This document shows positions 1-8,869 of a stretch of DNA of 64,000 bases, one piece after another. Position 1 is the stretch's first letter; every line of letters starts with the position of its first letter. Made by a program: the position numbers and the translations under genes. Below the pieces are notes generated by a model. The model was not told where the DNA came from and did no database searches. It saw only the letters and a program-made list of their open reading frames with translations. The stretch lies in assembly GCA_017535785.1 (NCBI GenBank), contig JAFXTN010000011.1, positions 198,932 through 262,931 of the forward strand, read 5' to 3'. This DNA comes from Butyrivibrio sp. Lineage in GTDB: Bacteria > Bacillota > Clostridia > Lachnospirales > Lachnospiraceae.

Positions 1-670
1 CTCTTTCTCTGTCATAATCGCCAAGATAAGGCTTAAGCACATCTATGTTGCTATTCTCACAGCCAAGTCCCAGAACAAGCACGCCACCTGCGTTTGGGTG
101 CTTGATAAGGTCTTTTAATATGGCTCTTGTATTCTCCTGATCGTCACCTGTCTGCGAACAACCGTAATTATGATTGTAAGCGACAACCTCGTCGATACTT
201 CCTTTTCTGTAATTCTCGGCTATCTTAGAGAGCTTGGTCGCAATATTGTTGACGCAACCGACTGTCGGTATTATCCAGATCTCGTTTCTGACTCCGACTC
301 TTCCGTCTTTTCTTATAAAGCCCTTAAACGTAGCGTTTTTAGAGCCCATAACGGCAATCTTGTTATTTATATCTTCTGTATCAGGTTCGTATTTATAATC
401 AAGGATCCCATCAAGGTTTGTAGAAAGATCATGTGTATGGACCCACCTTCCCGCCTTTATGGGTTCAGTCACATGTCCGATCGGATATCCGTATTTAATG
501 ACATTTCCACCGGATCCAATATCCCTTATCGCCATCTTGTGACCGGGCTCGATCTTATCAAGAGCCGTGATCTCTTTTCCGTTTGTAACAGAGACAACTT
601 CGCCTTTTACTATAGTCTCAAGGCAAACAACCACGTTGTCGTCCGGATGGATCTGTAAAGTTTTAGCCAT
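1..670 (-). CDS. uxaA: altronate dehydratase (UxaA family), N-terminal ~223 aa; the 3' end runs off the window
   Basis: My translation of the minus strand from the ATG at 670-668 reads MAKTLQIHPDDNVVVCLETIVKGEVVSVTNGKEITALDKIEPGHKMAIRDIG...GVRNEIWIIPTVGCVN...VLGLGCENSN, with no stop to position 1. It is missing from the ORF track because it is open at the window edge. It is divergent from uxaC. Confidence 0.8.
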   Translation of the reverse strand, partial: MAKTLQIHPDDNVVVCLETIVKGEVVSVTNGKEITALDKIEPGHKMAIRDIGSGGNVIKYGYPIGHVTEPIKAGRWVHTHDLSTNLDGILDYKYEPDTEDINNKIAVMGSKNATFKGFIRKDGRVGVRNEIWIIPTVGCVNNIATKLSKIAENYRKGSIDEVVAYNHNYGCSQTGDDQENTRAILKDLIKHPNAGGVLVLGLGCENSNIDVLKPYLGDYDRER

Positions 671-690
671 AATAATCCCCTTCATGCAGA

Positions 691-710
691 AAATGTAAGC
701 ATTTACATTT
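691..710. promoter_or_regulatory. candidate LacI-family operator: AAATGTAA-GCAT-TTACATTT (perfect 8-bp inverted arms)
   Basis: Inverted repeat read directly, 21 nt upstream of the uxaA start in the uxaA/uxaC divergent intergenic region. It shares the ATGTAA/TTACAT half-site with 797-812. Confidence 0.4.
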
Positions 711-796
711 TTATGTTATATTTTACAATTCAGATAGTCAACAAGTTTTTCAATGTTTTTAAATATATAGCACTTGTATAATGATTCTGATTATTA

Positions 797-812
797 ATGT
801 AAAGGCTTACAT
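797..812. promoter_or_regulatory. second candidate LacI-family operator: ATGTAA-AGGC-TTACAT
   Basis: 6-bp inverted arms with a 4-nt centre, 45 nt upstream of the uxaC ATG. Half-sites match those at 691-710. Confidence 0.4.
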
Positions 813-856
813 AAAATTAGAAAAAATATTACAATATAAACGGAGGGTTATACAAA

Positions 857-2275
857 ATGAAGAAATTTATGGACAAGGATTTCCTCTTACAGAGCGATGC
901 GGCAAAGACACTTTATCATGACTTTGCCGAAAACATGCCAATCTTAGACTATCACTGTCACATCAGTCCCAAAGAGATCGCAGAGGATCGTCACTTTGAC
1001 AACATCACTCAGGTTTGGCTCGGTGGTGACCACTACAAATGGCGTCTCATGAGATCTTTCGGTATCGAAGAAAAGTACATTACAGGAGATGCGTCTGACA
1101 GAGAAAAATTCTTAATGTTCGCAAAATGCATGGGTAAAGCTGTCGGACACCCCATTTATCACTGGGCACATCTGGAACTAAGAAAATATTTTGGTTATAA
1201 TGGAATCCTGAACGAAAAGACAGCTGAAGAAGTATATGATATCTGCAACAAAGTGCTTCAGGCACCCGATATGAGTGCTCGCAAGCTTATTAAGATGTCA
1301 AATGTAACACTCATCTGTACTACAGACGATCCTGTCGATTCACTTGAGTGGCACGACAAGATCAAAGAAGACCCTTCTTTTGATGTTAAGGTACTTCCCG
1401 CTTGGCGTCCCGACAAGGCTATGAATATCACAAAGCCTGAGTTCGTATCATACATGGAAACACTTTCAAAAGTAAGCGGTGTCAAGATCGATTCATTCAA
1501 AGCTCTTAAGGAAGCTCTAAAGATAAGACTTGATTACTTCGCATCAAAGGGATGTAACGTAACAGACCATGCTCCACAGTACGTTATGTACCACCCTGCT
1601 TCCGATGATGTTATCGAAGAGATCTTTGCAAAAAGAATGCGTGGTGAAGAGCTTACTGCCGAAGAAGATCTTCAGTACCAGACTGCTTTCCTTCTCTTTG
1701 AAGGTGAAGAGATCGGTAAGAGAGATTGGGTAATGCAGCTTCACTTTGGATGTAAGCGCAACAATAACACTGCTATGTTTAATAAGATCGGTCCCGATAC
1801 CGGATATGATGCTATCGATGCTTATTATCCTATGGGCGAGCTTGCTGATTACCTTGATGCTCTTCAGCAGAAAAATGTTCTTCCCAAGACTATACTTTAC
1901 AGTCTCAATCCCAATGATCTTATGATCATCAACACTATGCTCAACTGCTTCAACGAGGCTCCCAACGTAGCTAAGATCCAGCAGGGAAGCGCATGGTGGT
2001 TCAACGATACCAAGCTCGGTATGGAGCAGCATTTAAAGGCTGTTTCAGAATCAAGTAACTTGTCAGGTTTCGTAGGAATGCTTACAGATTCAAGAAGCTT
2101 TACATCCTACACAAGGCATGATTACTTCCGCAGAATACTCTGCAACTATCTTGGATCACTCGTTGATAACGGTGAATACCCCGGGGAAGATATGGACATT
2201 CTCGGTGAGATTGTAAAAGATATTTCATACAATAACGCTGTAAGATATTTCAAATTTCCTTTAGAAACGAGATAA
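857..2275 (+). CDS. uxaC: glucuronate (uronate) isomerase
   Basis: 472 aa. The N-terminus FLLQSDAAKTLYHDFAENMPILDYHCHISPKEI...GDHYKWRLMR is typical of UxaC. A GGAGGG RBS lies upstream. Confidence 0.93.
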   Translation: MKKFMDKDFLLQSDAAKTLYHDFAENMPILDYHCHISPKEIAEDRHFDNITQVWLGGDHYKWRLMRSFGIEEKYITGDASDREKFLMFAKCMGKAVGHPIYHWAHLELRKYFGYNGILNEKTAEEVYDICNKVLQAPDMSARKLIKMSNVTLICTTDDPVDSLEWHDKIKEDPSFDVKVLPAWRPDKAMNITKPEFVSYMETLSKVSGVKIDSFKALKEALKIRLDYFASKGCNVTDHAPQYVMYHPASDDVIEEIFAKRMRGEELTAEEDLQYQTAFLLFEGEEIGKRDWVMQLHFGCKRNNNTAMFNKIGPDTGYDAIDAYYPMGELADYLDALQQKNVLPKTILYSLNPNDLMIINTMLNCFNEAPNVAKIQQGSAWWFNDTKLGMEQHLKAVSESSNLSGFVGMLTDSRSFTSYTRHDYFRRILCNYLGSLVDNGEYPGEDMDILGEIVKDISYNNAVRYFKFPLETR

Positions 2276-2277
2276 AT

Positions 2278-3297
2278 ATGGATAAAATGACTATTTATGA
2301 CATTTCCAAAAAAGCAGGTGTATCTATAGCCACAGTTTCAAGAGTACTTAACGGAAGTTCCAACGTTAAGGCCAAGACCCGTAAAAAGGTAATGGATGTG
2401 ATTGAAGAGTGCGGCTATAAGCCCAATGCTTTTGCAAGAGGCCTCGGTCTTAATTCAATGAAGACCGTAGGACTTTTGTGTGCGGACGCATCCGATCTGT
2501 ACCTTGCAAAGGCAATCTACTTTATCGAAAGAAATTTAAGAGATAGCGGATACAATTCAATCCTGTGCTGTACCGGCTACGAGATCGAATCCCGCAAGAA
2601 ATCACTTAATCTCCTGCTTTCACAGCATGTGGACAGTGTCGTAATGGTCGGATCCAACTTTTTAATGAACAAACCGGAAGATAACCGCTACATCACAGAT
2701 GCAGCGGCTTCCGTTCCTATCATGCTACTAAATGCAGACTTTGACTGCCCCAATGTCTACTGCACACTTTGCGATGACTATAAAGCTACCTCCGATGTCA
2801 CAGAGAAGATGCTCGCATCAGGGGTAAAAGACATCCTGTATCTATATAACAGTAAGTCATACAGCGGGCAGAAAAAGCTTGCAGGCTTCCAAAATGCTCT
2901 GCTTTCTCGCGATCTTCCTCTAAAAAAAGAACTGATACAGTGCTTTAACGGAAGCCGAGAAGATATCGACGGAGTAAAAGAATTTGTTCAAAAGATCTAT
3001 GATAAGGGAATACATTTTGACGGCATAGTTACAAGCGAAGATTTCCTTGCAGTAGGTGCAATGAACTTTGCCAAAGCCAATAAGATAAAGGTTCCTTCAG
3101 AACTTCAGATAATAGGCTACAACAATTCGATCCTTGCGCATTGTTCCGAGCCCAACATCTCTTCTGTCGACAATCGTCTTGAAGATATGTGCATACAGCT
3201 TGTAAAGACACTTATAGGCACACTCAGTCAAAACGAAATGCCGCAAAAGACCATATTCTCAGGTGAACTCATAAAAAGAGGTTCAACCAGATTTTAA
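2278..3297 (+). CDS. LacI-family transcriptional regulator, probable hexuronate-operon repressor
   Basis: 339 aa. N-terminal HTH MTIYDISKKAGVSIATVSRVLNG followed by a periplasmic-binding-protein-like sugar-binding core. It starts 3 nt after the uxaC stop. Confidence 0.9.
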   Translation: MDKMTIYDISKKAGVSIATVSRVLNGSSNVKAKTRKKVMDVIEECGYKPNAFARGLGLNSMKTVGLLCADASDLYLAKAIYFIERNLRDSGYNSILCCTGYEIESRKKSLNLLLSQHVDSVVMVGSNFLMNKPEDNRYITDAAASVPIMLLNADFDCPNVYCTLCDDYKATSDVTEKMLASGVKDILYLYNSKSYSGQKKLAGFQNALLSRDLPLKKELIQCFNGSREDIDGVKEFVQKIYDKGIHFDGIVTSEDFLAVGAMNFAKANKIKVPSELQIIGYNNSILAHCSEPNISSVDNRLEDMCIQLVKTLIGTLSQNEMPQKTIFSGELIKRGSTRF

Positions 3298-4379
3298 ACA
3301 TTTTGATTTGTGATTATTCCACCGCCTAGCACAATATCCCCGTCGTAAAGAACAGCTGACTGGCCCGGCGTTATTGCTCTCTGGCCCTCGTCAAAGACAA
3401 GCCTTGCTACGCCGTTTTCAGGCGGAAACAATGTCGCAGGCTGTTCCTTGTGACGATAGCGGATCTTGGCACTGCAGCGTACTTCTTTAGTTGGCATATC
3501 TCCTGTGATCCAGTGGAAGTCACGTATAAACAGCTCATTTTCAAAAAGCTCTTCGTTATCGGATAATACAACTCTATTATTCTTTACATCGATCTTACTT
3601 ACATAGAGTCTGCGATCGGCCGGTACTCCCAAGCCCCTTCGCTGACCGATAGTATAATTTATGAGCCCGTCGTGCTCTCCAAGTACATTCCCCTTTGTAT
3701 CAACTATATTGCCCTTCGGATATGTCTTACCGGTATATCTCTTTATCATTCCGGCATAGTCTCCGTCAGGAACAAAGCAGATATCCTGGCTCTCGCTCTT
3801 ATGAGATGTAACAAACTCATTATCCTCCGCAATCCCACGAACTTCGTCCTTGGTATATTCACCAAGAGGGAAAAGAGTGTGTGAAAGCTGCTCTTCCGTC
3901 AGATCATAGAGAACATAGCTCTGATCCTTATTAAGATCTTTTGCCTTGAGAAGATAAAAATGTCCGTCTCTCTCCTCTATCCTTGCATAGTGACCTGTGA
4001 CTATATAATCATAACCAAGCTCCCTACCTTTATTGTAGAGACTGTCAAACTTAAGATATCTGTTGCATCTTATACAGGGATTAGGTGTCTCGCCAACCTC
4101 GTAGCTGTGAATAAAGGGCTCAATGACTTTAGCTCTGAACTCAGCTTCGTAATGATATATATTATAAGGGATACCGATCTTATCGCAGACTGCTCTCGCA
4201 TCATTGGTATCATTGATGCTGCAGCAGGTTCCCAAAAGATCCATTCCCACTATGTCGTTTTCATAAAGGCGCATGGTACATCCCATGCACTCATATCCTC
4301 TTTTTACAATCTCATATGCTGCGACAGAGCTATCTACGCCTCCGCTCATCGCAATAAGAGCCTTCTTGTTATCGCTCAT
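3294..4379 (-). CDS. mnmA: tRNA 2-thiouridine(34) synthase
   Basis: 361 aa. PP-loop ALIAMSGGVDSSVAA, then ...NPCIRCN..., matching MnmA architecture. Confidence 0.92.
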   Translation of the reverse strand: MSDNKKALIAMSGGVDSSVAAYEIVKRGYECMGCTMRLYENDIVGMDLLGTCCSINDTNDARAVCDKIGIPYNIYHYEAEFRAKVIEPFIHSYEVGETPNPCIRCNRYLKFDSLYNKGRELGYDYIVTGHYARIEERDGHFYLLKAKDLNKDQSYVLYDLTEEQLSHTLFPLGEYTKDEVRGIAEDNEFVTSHKSESQDICFVPDGDYAGMIKRYTGKTYPKGNIVDTKGNVLGEHDGLINYTIGQRRGLGVPADRRLYVSKIDVKNNRVVLSDNEELFENELFIRDFHWITGDMPTKEVRCSAKIRYRHKEQPATLFPPENGVARLVFDEGQRAITPGQSAVLYDGDIVLGGGIITNQNV

Positions 4380-4392
4380 TTATTTCTCCGTT

Positions 4393-5856
4393 TCATTTGG
4401 CTTTTGACAAGCACGAATAAATATAATCCATATCAAGGTGAGTCCTCAATATGCTTTCAAGTATATCATATTGTCTTTCCTTGAACTCGGTATAAGAAAG
4501 ACCTGTGCTTGCATTTTTGCCAAAATATGATGTGATCGCACCGGCAATGCCGCCCTCATCAAACAGGCCGTGAACGTAGCTTCCGTACACGTTACCGCCA
4601 TCACTTAGTATAACATCTCCGTATACATTGTCACTATCTCCGGTAGTTATGCCCATATGTATCTCATAGCCTCTGTATTCTTTATCCGTAAGGTTCTCAA
4701 ATACTCCCTTGGGAAAAGATATAGTTCCGGAAACCTGTTTTCTTATCTTGTCATCGCCTATCTCAGTTTCAATATCGAGTAACCCGAGACCGGCTATCTC
4801 ATTGACGGTTGACTCAACAGCTCCGAAATCTCTTATCTTCTTTCCAAGCATCTGAAAACCACCGCAGATGCCAAATAAAGGTTTTTCGAGAGCAAATCTC
4901 TTTATCTTGGCTTCAAGTCCGCTCTCACGGAGCCATTTCATATCCATGATCGTATTCTTGCTTCCGGGAAGAATGATCATGTCCGGATCCTCAAGATCAT
5001 AGACGCTGTCGACGTATCTTACATTAACACCATCCTGCATCTCGAATGCACCAAGGTCAGTAAAATTGGAGATCCTTGGGTATCTGATAACAGCTATATC
5101 AACTTCACCTGATGAAGCAAATTTCTTATTTTCAAATTTCTCGGTAAGTGAATCCTCATCATCGACCTTGATGTTCATATAAGGAACTACGCCTGCTGTC
5201 CTTATACCGGTCTTCTCTGTTATCATCTCGATACCGGAATCAAGGAGAGTCGGATCTCCTCTGAATTTATTGATAACAAAGCCTTTAATGCGCGCTCTCT
5301 CTTTTTCCTCAAGAAGCATTGTTGTTCCGTAGAGCTGGGCAAATACGCCGCCTCTGTCTATGTCACCGACTAAAAGAACGGGTGCATCAACAAGCTCAGC
5401 CATACCCATGTTTACGATGTCGTTTTCTTTGAGATTGATCTCCGCAGGGCTGCCCGCACCTTCGATAACGATTATATCAGCCTTTTTTGCAAGTGTTTTA
5501 AAAGCCTTTTTTATATCGGGTAAAAGCTTTTTTTTATATTCAAAATACTCTCTCGCTGTCATATTACCGACTACTTCGCCGTTAACTATGACCTGAGAGC
5601 CCACATCGGAAGTCGGCTTTAAAAGTATCGGATTCATGCACACCAACGGTTCTATGCCGGCGCACTCAGCCTGCATAACCTGCGCTCTTCCCATCTCAAG
5701 ACCCTCTTTGGTTATAAATGAATTAAGAGCCATGTTCTGCGACTTAAATGGAGCACACGAATAACCGTCCTTCTTAAATATCCTAAGAAGTCCGGCAACT
5801 ATCAAGCTTTTTCCGGCACCTGACATGGTGCCTTGAACCATTATGACCTTAGCCAT
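4393..5856 (-). CDS. cobQ: cobyric acid synthase
   Basis: [23 protein letters not shown]... (CobB/CobQ ATPase domain) plus a C-terminal GATase ([15 protein letters not shown]). I trimmed the start from the track value 5916 to the ATG at 5856: a GGAAAGG RBS lies 8 nt upstream, and the longer ORF would run through the mscL terminator hairpin. Confidence 0.85.
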   Translation of the reverse strand: MAKVIMVQGTMSGAGKSLIVAGLLRIFKKDGYSCAPFKSQNMALNSFITKEGLEMGRAQVMQAECAGIEPLVCMNPILLKPTSDVGSQVIVNGEVVGNMTAREYFEYKKKLLPDIKKAFKTLAKKADIIVIEGAGSPAEINLKENDIVNMGMAELVDAPVLLVGDIDRGGVFAQLYGTTMLLEEKERARIKGFVINKFRGDPTLLDSGIEMITEKTGIRTAGVVPYMNIKVDDEDSLTEKFENKKFASSGEVDIAVIRYPRISNFTDLGAFEMQDGVNVRYVDSVYDLEDPDMIILPGSKNTIMDMKWLRESGLEAKIKRFALEKPLFGICGGFQMLGKKIRDFGAVESTVNEIAGLGLLDIETEIGDDKIRKQVSGTISFPKGVFENLTDKEYRGYEIHMGITTGDSDNVYGDVILSDGGNVYGSYVHGLFDEGGIAGAITSYFGKNASTGLSYTEFKERQYDILESILRTHLDMDYIYSCLSKAK

Positions 5857-5904
5857 TTGCATTACCTTTCCGAATCCAATGTTTATATAACCTAAAACTA
5901 AAAT

Positions 5905-5933
5905 AAAAGGCAGCACTTACATGCTGCCTTTTT
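5905..5933 (-). terminator. rho-independent terminator downstream of mscL
   Basis: AAAAGGCAGCA-cttaca-TGCTGCCTTTT, followed on the minus strand by a T-rich run (TATTTTAGTTTT). Confidence 0.6.
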
Positions 5934-5945
5934 GAAAATTCATAT

Positions 5946-6431
5946 TTACTCTGTGAGCTCAGATGTACAATGAGGACATCTTGTAGCGTCGATTGCAATC
6001 TCTGATTTGCAGCGAGGGCAGATCTTTGTTGTTGCAGGAGCCTCTTCCTGTTCCTTTTTAAACTTGTTGGTCACATTGTTCATGCACTTAACAAGAAGGA
6101 AGATAACGAATGCCATAAGTAAGAAGTCGATGACTACGGTGATAAATGTACCGTAATTAACCGTTACAGCGCCCGCCTCCTTAGCAGCTTCAAGTGTGTT
6201 GTAAGTTCCGCCGTCGAGTGTAAAGAACATGTTGTTAAAATCGATTCCACCTGTAAGAATACTGATAAAAGGCATAATTATGTCGTCAACCAGTGATGAA
6301 ATGATTTTCTGGAAAGCGCCACCGATGATAACACCGACTGCCATATCCAGAACATTGCCGCGCATGATAAATTCTCTAAACTCAGCTGCAAGTCCTTTGC
6401 TTTTACCTGCTACGTCTTTTAATTTAGCCAT
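5946..6431 (-). CDS. mscL: large-conductance mechanosensitive channel with a C-terminal zinc-ribbon tail
   Basis: 161 aa. FREFIMRGNVLDMAVGVIIGGAF is the MscL TM1 signature. The tail is CPRCKSEIAIDATRCPHC. Confidence 0.9.
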   Translation of the reverse strand: MAKLKDVAGKSKGLAAEFREFIMRGNVLDMAVGVIIGGAFQKIISSLVDDIIMPFISILTGGIDFNNMFFTLDGGTYNTLEAAKEAGAVTVNYGTFITVVIDFLLMAFVIFLLVKCMNNVTNKFKKEQEEAPATTKICPRCKSEIAIDATRCPHCTSELTE

Positions 6432-6544
6432 ACCTTTTTTCTCCCATTTAACAATACTTTGTTGCAGTTACAAAAAAATTATAGCACATCAAGGTTAAAA
6501 TGAAATAGTTGTAGGTACAATTTAGCCATTTTGAATTAAAATGA

Positions 6545-8818
6545 TCAACCATTCTCGCTTAAACAGATCTGAGCTCTGTTCTGAATGATGCTGGCTACTT
6601 CTTCAGCGCTCTTTTGTCCTTCAAAATAAGCCGGGGCCTCTTCAAGGATGATCTTATATATATCTTCTTTCAATTCGAATTGAGTATTGATAGACAATAT
6701 ATATTCCTTAAGCTCATCAACCTGATCCTGGGTCAGAGGCTTTAATTTTGTAGTAACGCCGCCAACTGACCAGACCTCATTTTCACCCGTAAACTCATCG
6801 TAGGGCTGTTCCAGAGCTTTCTTGGCAGAAGCTTCGAATGCGCTCTTAGTTGCAGGGAATTGCGACTTTTGAGACATAAACTCTTCATCTGTAAGCATCT
6901 TGATAAACTCCCACGCAGCATCGGGATATTTTGTCTGCGAACTAATGGCAAACTTAGCAGATGGATAGATAAGTGACTGATCAGCTCCTTGATCATTAGG
7001 AAATCCTATAAACGAGACATCATCACCGAAAATCGCCTGTTGGAATCCCATATAGTACTGAAAACTGGGAATATTGGCAGGATAAAAAAGAGCCACTTCC
7101 GATCTGTACTGAGCTTCAAAATCACTATCATATTTCTCAAAATTAACTTCTTTTGGAAAGTTATTAGCAAATTCAAGGAGCTTTATAAAGCTGTCCGAGT
7201 CAAAATGACATTCATTCTTTTCGGTATCAATATACATTTTGTCTGCGCTCATAATACCCTGAGAAAGGATTTGTTCTTTAGTCATAAAGCCAAAAGCGAT
7301 CTCATAAGGACAGTTCTTCGCTTCTATAAGCTTTTGACAATCTTCTATAGTAAGAACCTTCTTTCCTTCGGTGAATTTCTTCTTAGTAGCAACAGTTCCT
7401 ACCGCGAAGTCAGTTATGAACGTATACATTTTGCCATCTTTTGTCAGCATGTTTTCAATGTTAGGTAAAAGCTCAATATCAGAGTTTTTCTTATCTCTGT
7501 CATAATAGGGTTTTAGATCCAAAAACAGGCCTTTATCCGAATACTTTTCTGTCGAAGAGAACCAAAATGTCATAATATCCGGAACATTACCGGAGACGAT
7601 ATCCATATCAAGCTTTTTTTCGCCTTCGGTAAAGTCTGTATCATTCAGTGAACCGTATTCAACAAGATTTATCTTATATTCATCGTTTTCATTATTGAAC
7701 TTGGTCACTACTTGACTCATTAAATTATCCACAGAAATAGTAGCAAGTGTAAGTACCTTTTTATCCTTGACCTGCTCCGGTGGTATCTTGGTAAATTTTA
7801 CAAATTTATATCCGTCGCTCTTAAGCATTGCCGCGATAAATTCATCACTGCTAAGTGCATATATGGCTTCCAAGCCTCCGTTAAGGCTAATGTCGGAATC
7901 TAAACAATCAAGGAGCTTAACAGGGGCATCATTATCTTTGTCAAAGCTCCAGATCCCTTCCCTTGCCGATAAATAGATATCATGTCCGGCTCCTATAAAC
8001 GGGCAAACACCAAGTCCCAAATTTGCCGTATCTACATTACCCATAGGAACCAATTTCTTTTCATCCGGCGCATATGTATAGAACGCCAGATCATCCACAT
8101 AATCAAATACAACCAAAGAATCTGTTTGCGTCTTCATCAGCTGGGAAGAATATGTAAGAGCATTCTCCCCGTTTTCTTCGATCTTAACGATAGTATTAAA
8201 ACCTTCATCAAAAGAAAATGTCTCAAGGCCTCTGTTTGTTGTCGCATATACTTCGCCATTATCATATGCAACAAGTGAATTGACATAAAAAGGCTTTTCA
8301 CCATCTCCAAGTTTGGAGCAATCATAGTTCTGAGTGATATTTCCCTTACTATCGAACTTCACGATCTCCTGCTTCGAAACTTCATCATTTTCCGTTTTTC
8401 TCTTATTCAGACATGAATAACCACTTCCGTCAGACAGAAAGCAGGTGCTTTTATAAAAATCGCAATCTTCTACCGGCAGCTCACTGCATTCTAAGCCGCT
8501 TCCGTCTTGATCAAAAGAATAAAACCTGTAGTTAACGTTGCTTTCGAAGACTGTGCAATAAACTCTGTCACCGACCATAGTTATTTTGTCCACATAGTCT
8601 CCCGGCCGTAATTCCAATCCGTCAACGACTAAATCTTCGGTTTTAAACACATAATCTTTTGATTGAGTTTTAGCCTCTTCCAGAAGCTTTTCATCTTTTT
8701 TCCCTGTTGAACCGGGATCACCTGCGCCATCCTTAGCTTTTCCGCAACCTGTAAGCGCAGACATGATCATGGTCGCAGTGATAAAAAGAGCTATCCCTCT
8801 TTTAAATATCCCCTTCAT
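6545..8818 (-). CDS. giant lipoprotein, paralog 1: unknown N-terminal domain (~300 aa) plus a C-terminal ABC solute-binding-like domain (~400 aa)
   Basis: 757 aa. Signal peptide with lipobox LTGC. The C-terminal half (KKVLTL...DMDIVSGNVPDIM...LLPNIENMLTKDGKMYT...) resembles large CUT1/LplA-type binding proteins. It is clearly paralogous to the next two genes. Confidence 0.6.
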   Translation of the reverse strand: MKGIFKRGIALFITATMIMSALTGCGKAKDGAGDPGSTGKKDEKLLEEAKTQSKDYVFKTEDLVVDGLELRPGDYVDKITMVGDRVYCTVFESNVNYRFYSFDQDGSGLECSELPVEDCDFYKSTCFLSDGSGYSCLNKRKTENDEVSKQEIVKFDSKGNITQNYDCSKLGDGEKPFYVNSLVAYDNGEVYATTNRGLETFSFDEGFNTIVKIEENGENALTYSSQLMKTQTDSLVVFDYVDDLAFYTYAPDEKKLVPMGNVDTANLGLGVCPFIGAGHDIYLSAREGIWSFDKDNDAPVKLLDCLDSDISLNGGLEAIYALSSDEFIAAMLKSDGYKFVKFTKIPPEQVKDKKVLTLATISVDNLMSQVVTKFNNENDEYKINLVEYGSLNDTDFTEGEKKLDMDIVSGNVPDIMTFWFSSTEKYSDKGLFLDLKPYYDRDKKNSDIELLPNIENMLTKDGKMYTFITDFAVGTVATKKKFTEGKKVLTIEDCQKLIEAKNCPYEIAFGFMTKEQILSQGIMSADKMYIDTEKNECHFDSDSFIKLLEFANNFPKEVNFEKYDSDFEAQYRSEVALFYPANIPSFQYYMGFQQAIFGDDVSFIGFPNDQGADQSLIYPSAKFAISSQTKYPDAAWEFIKMLTDEEFMSQKSQFPATKSAFEASAKKALEQPYDEFTGENEVWSVGGVTTKLKPLTQDQVDELKEYILSINTQFELKEDIYKIILEEAPAYFEGQKSAEEVASIIQNRAQICLSENG

Positions 8819-8869
8819 ATTCGTTTCCCTCTTTCCTTTAAAAGCACTTTATTTCAACAGATCCTCCGA

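Noticed and set aside
170-658. 162-aa plus-strand ORF in the track
   Set aside because: It lies entirely antisense to a clear UxaA-family reading frame that is open from 670 to the window edge. It has no recognisable motif.
5857-5945. Cobalamin riboswitch upstream of cobQ
   Set aside because: Only ~90 nt are available, and a third of that is the mscL terminator hairpin. This is too short, and I could not see a B12-box-like element.
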